From an uncultured Acidobacteriaceae bacterium (lineage in GTDB: Bacteria; Acidobacteriota; Terriglobia; Terriglobales; Acidobacteriaceae), in the NCBI GenBank assembly GCA_963850235.1, contig CAWKKM010000019.1, forward strand, positions 88,949 to 152,948: a stretch of DNA of 64,000 bases. Direction: 5' to 3'. Every line of letters begins with the position of its first letter. Within the stretch, counting starts at the first letter, position 1. Of the stretch, positions 58,988-64,000 are shown piece by piece. Under the pieces are notes generated by a model, which did no database searches, had not been told where the DNA came from, and saw only the letters and a list, made by a program, of their open reading frames with translations. The position numbers and the translations under genes are program-made.

Positions 58988-61174
58988 TCACAAGCCTCCG
59001 GGATGATATTCCCGCTCCGTATGCCCCTTTAATTGTTCAGGATAGAAGTACACTTCACGCAAGTTCCCGGTACGGTACCGCTCCACCTGATCGTTGAAGT
59101 GCGGCGACGAAGGATGCCCGCTTTCCCCACCAGCAGTTACGGCGCGAGCGCGCACTTTGTTCCCAAACTCCACCACGGCAACAAAGCTGTTGCCGCGGGT
59201 GCCGTACCATTTCCTTGTCCCGCTGGCGCGGCCGGTTTCCTTTGCGGTGTAAGGCCGCGCACTGAACGCGGCCAGTGAACCCCAGCTGGATGCCGTAAAC
59301 CCCACAGGGGTGCTCGGCTGCGCGTCGTCGAAGGGCTGCACGATGTCTCCGGTCAGGCGTTGATAGCGGTTGATCTGCCCCCAGGGTGTCCGCCATGTGC
59401 CAAAATCCGCGGTCAGTTTGGCAGAGGCGGTCGCCAGGGCCTTCAGCGCCACATCTGCCGGCACCAGCGGGGCGGCAAACTCATCCTCATCAGAGGCGTC
59501 TTGGCCGGCCTTCACGATCTCCTGCCCCCAAAAGATGGCCAGCGACGTGGCCACCGAATCCACGCCCCAACGCATATCCCATTTACGAAGGATCGCAATT
59601 TGACCCGCCAGCGCAGCCTTAGTCTCCGACGTGGGCGGCAATTGGTCCCAGGCTTGTACGAGCGCCGGCAGCGGCTTCCCAAACCAGGGTAGATAGCTGT
59701 CGTAGGCCGCGGTTATGAGCCCATCCAGAGTGAAGTCTTTTCTGCCCTGCAACAGCCGCATCGCGTGCACGCCCCGTGCCGACTCATTGCCGGTCTCCAC
59801 GTAAGCGGGATAGTCCTTCCGATGCAGGCTGCTCTCCCCCGCGCCGTTCCAGGGCGAATCGTTCACGTTGAAAAGATATCCGCTCTTCGGATCCAGCAGG
59901 TGCGGTGATTCCTCGACCGTCATCAAACCTTTCCAGTCCGTTGCAGGGTTACTGCCATCCACCGGCTTGGTGAAGTCGAAACGGGTGTCCCGGCGCGGAA
60001 TGTAGTTGCCGTGAAAATAGGCGATGTGTCCATCGGCATCCGCATAGATGGTGTTGTTCGACGAGTTCGCTTTCAGCTCCATGGTCTGGAGGTATTGCTT
60101 GTAGTTCTGCGCCTTGGTCCGCAGGTAGGATTGCATCAACGCCTTGATCGGCTCCTGCATCAGCCGGATAGTCACCCACTTACCATCCTGCTCCCTAATC
60201 ACGGGACCATGATGGGTGTAGTACACGGTGAACTTCTTCTCTGCCATTCCCTGCGCGGTCTTATACGGCACGATGATCTGCTTCTCCACCACTGGCCGCT
60301 CCCCGTCTCCATATTGGTAGGAGTAGTGTCCGTTCTTGTTGTGTACTGTTTCCAGATACTCATCCACGGCATCCACGTTGCTTGAGGTGTGCATCCATCC
60401 GGCGCGCGGATTGAACCCCTGGTAGATGAAGAACTGACCCCAGGTCACCGCGCCATAGGCATCGAGGCCTTCTCCGCTGGCCATTTGCAACTCTGAGCGG
60501 AAGAAGAACGAGGTGTGCGGATTAATCAGCAGCAGCGCGTGATGATCCCTGGTATTGGATGGGGCAATGGCGATTCCGTTGGATCCGCCCGGCTCTACTT
60601 CCCGGACCGGGAGCGATACTGTTGCCTGGTTGCGTCCGCCGTAGAACGCTTCCAGTTTTTTCAGCTCCACGCCCTCGATGTCGCCTCCGATGCTGCCCTC
60701 GGTAAATGAGAGCGCCATCCAGGGTTCGAAGTGTTGAATTATGCGCGGTTTCACCTCGGGGTGTTTTGCCAGGTAGAAGTTGGCTCCATCCGCGAACGCA
60801 TCCATCAGTTTGCGCAGCCACTCAGGGCTGGCGGCGTATTCCTTCTTCAAGTCTTCGGGATCGATGAACATCTTCATGCGCAGATCCTGATAGACCTTGT
60901 CTTCGCCTTCTGCCTCTGCCAGCCGCCCCATCGCGTTCAGGTAGTTGGTCTCGACTCGATTGAAGTCATCTTCGGCCTGTGCGTAGATCATGCCAAAGAC
61001 GGCATCGGCATCGGTCTTTCCGTAAACATGCGCGATGCCCCAGTCATCGCGGATAATCTTCACGTTGGCTGCTTCTGTGGCCCAGCGTGTGTCTTGGGGA
61101 GCCATGGTCTGCGCGTGACAACGTATAAGCACTCCTGCAACTACGATCATCATCAGACCGAAGGTCTTCTTCAT
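58988..61174 (-). CDS. penicillin acylase family (S45 Ntn-hydrolase; acyl-homoserine-lactone/penicillin amidase-like) protein
   Basis: The protein is 728 aa with a signal peptide. The probable autoprocessing nucleophile context is EPGGSNGIAIAPSNT. Confidence 0.85.
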   Translation of the reverse strand: MKKTFGLMMIVVAGVLIRCHAQTMAPQDTRWATEAANVKIIRDDWGIAHVYGKTDADAVFGMIYAQAEDDFNRVETNYLNAMGRLAEAEGEDKVYQDLRMKMFIDPEDLKKEYAASPEWLRKLMDAFADGANFYLAKHPEVKPRIIQHFEPWMALSFTEGSIGGDIEGVELKKLEAFYGGRNQATVSLPVREVEPGGSNGIAIAPSNTRDHHALLLINPHTSFFFRSELQMASGEGLDAYGAVTWGQFFIYQGFNPRAGWMHTSSNVDAVDEYLETVHNKNGHYSYQYGDGERPVVEKQIIVPYKTAQGMAEKKFTVYYTHHGPVIREQDGKWVTIRLMQEPIKALMQSYLRTKAQNYKQYLQTMELKANSSNNTIYADADGHIAYFHGNYIPRRDTRFDFTKPVDGSNPATDWKGLMTVEESPHLLDPKSGYLFNVNDSPWNGAGESSLHRKDYPAYVETGNESARGVHAMRLLQGRKDFTLDGLITAAYDSYLPWFGKPLPALVQAWDQLPPTSETKAALAGQIAILRKWDMRWGVDSVATSLAIFWGQEIVKAGQDASDEDEFAAPLVPADVALKALATASAKLTADFGTWRTPWGQINRYQRLTGDIVQPFDDAQPSTPVGFTASSWGSLAAFSARPYTAKETGRASGTRKWYGTRGNSFVAVVEFGNKVRARAVTAGGESGHPSSPHFNDQVERYRTGNLREVYFYPEQLKGHTEREYHPGGL

Positions 61175-61237
61175 CCGTTTAGGTTGCCTCTTGGGGCCAG
61201 TGTAAATGAGGGTTTATGAAGCAACTCCTCCGGGCAA

Positions 61238-61394
61238 TAAATGACGGGTGCCCCGCATCTCGCTCGTTTTTCGCGAGATGTGGGATACCACTGCGTTCAA
61301 CCCGAAAGTTTCGACTCACTATTGACACGTACGGTCCAGATCTGTGGTATCCCACATCTCGCGAAAAACGAGCGAGATGTGGGGCACCCGTCAT
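61238..61394. repeat. B-type inverted doublet
   Basis: The reverse complement of 61241-61291 matches 61344-61394 at 50 of 51 positions. The unit is GTGGTATCCCACATCTCGCG-AAAAA-CGAGCGAGATGTGGGGCACCCGTCAT. A 52-nt spacer carries the CGAAAGTTTCG palindrome. Confidence 0.9.
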
Positions 61395-61483
61395 TGGTTG
61401 CCGGGAATGAGTGGGTCCTCATCTGTACCATTGGTCTCGAATTCCAACTTGCCCAACGGGCAGATGCCAATTAGCGTCTTAGC

Positions 61484-63010
61484 ATGCATCGCAAGGGGCG
61501 GCCGGAGTGGTTCACCGCTGGAGACGTAGACGGGTTCTTCGGCCTGTTCTTCAGTGGCTTCCCCGATCTTCTTCTCATCGTGGGCCTGGCGCCGGTGTGT
61601 GGCTTTCCTCTCAGCTTTGTTGCCGGCCGCATCCTTCCTGGGGTGGCAATCTCGGTCCTGGCGGGAAATCTCTTTTATGCCTGGCAGGCACGGCGCCTGG
61701 CTTTGAAAGAAGGCCGCAGTGATGTGACTGCGCTTCCCTTTGGCGTGAATGCGCCCACCATCTTCGCCTACGTGTTCCTCATCATGGGCCCGATCTATGT
61801 CAGGACGCATGACGAAAACCTGGCGTGGCACGCGGGCGTGTTCGCCAGCCTGTTTAGCGGCATGGTGCAAACTGCCGGAGCCTTTTGCACCGATTGGCTA
61901 CGCCGCAACACACCGCGCGCTGCTCTGCTTTCGCCATTAGCAGGACTCGCCCTGGCCTACCTCTGCCTGGGCTTCGTCTTCGGCATCTTTCAGCAGCCTG
62001 CCATTGCCCTGCTGCCCATGCTCATCCTGCTTACGCTCTATGGTTCGCATCTCAAGCTGCCCTATCGTTTGCCGCCGGCTCTGCTGGCCATCGGCATCGG
62101 CGCAATGCTGGTCGCAGTGCTGCGCTGGCTTGGCATATACACTGCTCCCGTGCCTGCTATACCGGCAGTGAAGCTTTACCTGCCCCACGCGGTAAACATA
62201 TTTGCCCTCTTCCATCAATCCGTCTATTGGCCCTATCTGACGATCATCGTTCCCCTGGCCGCGCTCGATACGCTGGCCTCGCTGATGATCCTGGAGAGCG
62301 TCAAGATCGCCGGCGATGACTACGCGACCCGGCCGTCTTTGCTCATGAATGGAGTGGGCACGATCGCCGCCGCGTGCCTGGGCAGTCCCTTCCCCACGAC
62401 GCTTTATCTGGGCCATGCGGCGCACAAGGCCAACGGCGCCCGCTCCGGCTATTCCGTGCTCAACGGCCTGGTCACGCTGGTTCTCTGCACCACGGGGATC
62501 CTGCCGGTGGTCCTGCGTTTTGTGCCTCTGGAAGTGGCGGCCCCGGTGATCATCTGGTTTGGCCTGATCACGGTTGGGCAGGCGGTGAGCGAAGTGCCTT
62601 CGCAACAGGCGATCGCGGTCGTCATGGGGCTGATCCCAGCACTTGCGCAGTGGGTCACCAGCATTGCCGATACGGTGGCGCGCAAAGCGGGCAGCAGCCT
62701 GATGGAAGTCGCACCGCGCATGGGCAGCGATCTGGCCTTAGGGGGAATGATCGCGCTGGGGCAGGGATCGCTGCTGACCTCCATGCTGTGGGCCGCGGCG
62801 CTGGCGTACATCGTGCAACGCCGCTTTGCGCCTGCGGCAGCGTGGCTGGCAGCAGCCGCGGGGCTTTCTTCGGTCGGCATCATTCACGCGTACAAGCTCT
62901 CTGCGCAACGGCGTGGAGAGCCTGATTGGCTGGTGGGTTGCGCCGCAGTTTACACTCGCCTACGCGGGCGGGGCAGCGTTTCTGCTGTCGTGCGCGTGGT
63001 ATTTGCGTAG
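61484..63010 (+). CDS. polytopic permease, NCS2/AzgA-like nucleobase permease family (tentative); probable C-terminal frameshift
   Basis: The 508-aa ORF has more than 10 hydrophobic segments. After ca. 62890-62925 the +1 frame (ORF 62826..63035) encodes a further TM-like segment, LIGWWVAPQFTLAYAGGAAFLLSCAWYL, while the annotated frame turns Arg-rich. The span 61484-63035 is 1552 nt, which is 3n+1. Confidence 0.6.
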   Translation: MHRKGRPEWFTAGDVDGFFGLFFSGFPDLLLIVGLAPVCGFPLSFVAGRILPGVAISVLAGNLFYAWQARRLALKEGRSDVTALPFGVNAPTIFAYVFLIMGPIYVRTHDENLAWHAGVFASLFSGMVQTAGAFCTDWLRRNTPRAALLSPLAGLALAYLCLGFVFGIFQQPAIALLPMLILLTLYGSHLKLPYRLPPALLAIGIGAMLVAVLRWLGIYTAPVPAIPAVKLYLPHAVNIFALFHQSVYWPYLTIIVPLAALDTLASLMILESVKIAGDDYATRPSLLMNGVGTIAAACLGSPFPTTLYLGHAAHKANGARSGYSVLNGLVTLVLCTTGILPVVLRFVPLEVAAPVIIWFGLITVGQAVSEVPSQQAIAVVMGLIPALAQWVTSIADTVARKAGSSLMEVAPRMGSDLALGGMIALGQGSLLTSMLWAAALAYIVQRRFAPAAAWLAAAAGLSSVGIIHAYKLSAQRRGEPDWLVGCAAVYTRLRGRGSVSAVVRVVFA

Positions 63011-63049
63011 GGTTCCATATTCCGAACAGCGATAAGGGGAAAAACAGTT

Positions 63050-64000
63050 ATGGAGCGTCGCAGTCTGCTGAAAAATCTTTCTGCCGCCGCGGCGGTGGGT
63101 GCAGTCGCAAACCTGGGCGGCGGACGCACACTCTCTGCCGAAGCAGCTTCCGGAGTGGTCAGGACCATGGGCGACGGTGGCCCGTTGGCGCAGGCAAAGG
63201 ATGCGGCCCGCAGGGGTATGCCTCCGCTGAAGATCACCGATGTGAAAATCATCGCCACCGCACCTTCCGGTTCCAACTGGACCATCGTCAAGGTGGAAAC
63301 CAGCGAACCCGGGCTCTATGGCCTGGGCGCGGCCACACACCAGGAGATTCCCCAGGCGGCGCAGGCCTATATTGAAAAGCGCCTGAAGCCATTTGTTATC
63401 GGCAAGAATTGCGACGAAATCGAGGACATCTGGCAGTCCGCGTATTTGCAGGAGTACTTCCGCTCCGGCCCGGAGGGCAACGATGCGTTGAGTGGGATCG
63501 ATGGTGCTCTGTGGGACATTCTGGGCAAGCGCCTCGGGGTTCCGGTCTATCAGCTGTTAGGGGGAAAGGTTCGTGCCGCTGTCCCTCTCTATGGCCACGC
63601 CTCGGCTCTGACGCAAAGTGCACTCAACGACCAGGTGCAGGCGTATATCGAGAAGGGCTACCAGGTGGTGCGCATCCAGTTGGCGGTTCCGGGCTGGTCC
63701 GGCTACGGGGTCAGCGGTGCGAAAACTTCAGCCGCGGTGCAGGCGCTGCGGCCCGACGGAGTGACGCCGTCGCCGGTCTTTGACGCCGGCCGTTATCTCA
63801 CCACCACGATCGGCATGTTCGAGGCGGTGCGGGCAAGGTTTGGATTCGACATTGGCCTGGTGCACGACATTCACGAGCGGCCCGCGCCGAACCAGTCGAT
63901 CCAACTGTGCCGGGCGGTGGAGCAGTACCGGCCGTTTTATATGGAAGATCCTCTATCGCCGGAAGATGTGGGTTGGTTCCAGATCTTTCGCCAGGAGACT
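63050..64000 (+). CDS. enolase-superfamily dehydratase (D-galactonate/D-mannonate dehydratase-like) with a Tat signal; 3' end beyond the window
   Basis: Manual translation starts at the ATG at 63050, after AAGGGGA. It gives MERRSLLKNLSAAAAVGAVANL...(58-aa extension)...LKITDVKIIATAPSGSNWTIVKVETSEPGLYGLG...WDILGKRLGVPVYQLLGGKVR...VHDIHER. The frame is open to 64000. Confidence 0.8.
   Translation, partial: MERRSLLKNLSAAAAVGAVANLGGGRTLSAEAASGVVRTMGDGGPLAQAKDAARRGMPPLKITDVKIIATAPSGSNWTIVKVETSEPGLYGLGAATHQEIPQAAQAYIEKRLKPFVIGKNCDEIEDIWQSAYLQEYFRSGPEGNDALSGIDGALWDILGKRLGVPVYQLLGGKVRAAVPLYGHASALTQSALNDQVQAYIEKGYQVVRIQLAVPGWSGYGVSGAKTSAAVQALRPDGVTPSPVFDAGRYLTTTIGMFEAVRARFGFDIGLVHDIHERPAPNQSIQLCRAVEQYRPFYMEDPLSPEDVGWFQIFRQET

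Noticed and set aside
61179-61474. Small ORFs translating the repeats (peptides such as GAPHLARFSRDVGYH, ISRKTSEMWGTRH and FGPRTLRRTWGTRP at 1510-1845, 29365-29520, 46404-46867, 55139-55210 and 61179-61474)
   Set aside because: The same DNA is 'coding' on both strands and in several frames. Conservation follows the hairpin symmetry rather than a reading frame, so these are repeat elements and not genes.

Overview
This is a high-GC chromosomal segment that looks Acidobacteriota-like. That call is an inference from two TonB-dependent receptors with carboxypeptidase-regulatory-like N-termini and from many Tat- or Sec-exported hydrolases. I see about 40 protein genes and no rRNA, tRNA, CRISPR array, transposase, integrase or phage gene. 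The content is metabolic and nutrient-scavenging. It includes a Tat multicopper oxidase and a TonB-receptor operon made only of exported enzymes. It also holds GH3 beta-glucosidase, many secreted peptidases (M20, S9, M1, two M13, gamma-glutamyltransferase, Ntn acylase), amtB-glnK-glnA and a KdgD/MFS aldarate-like operon. Further genes are pgm, stand-alone NHEJ polymerase and ligase genes, and a complete reductive pyrimidine-catabolism cluster (amidase, preT, preA, dihydropyrimidinase, NCS1 permease). Two things are not explained by the gene list. First, there is a modular family of hairpin repeats sharing a GTGGGGCACCCGTC tail. These are usually arranged as inverted doublets of about 160-200 bp (REP/REPIN- or MITE-like), with at least 12 units in intergenic spacers. 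A second, unrelated palindromic element is also present. Second, six reading-frame breaks in five otherwise intact genes are all net +1 nt, which points to insertion-type assembly errors rather than decay. I found no clear novel multi-gene system such as a defence island. The repeats and the Tat-exported versions of normally cytoplasmic sugar-acid enzymes are the most interesting leads.
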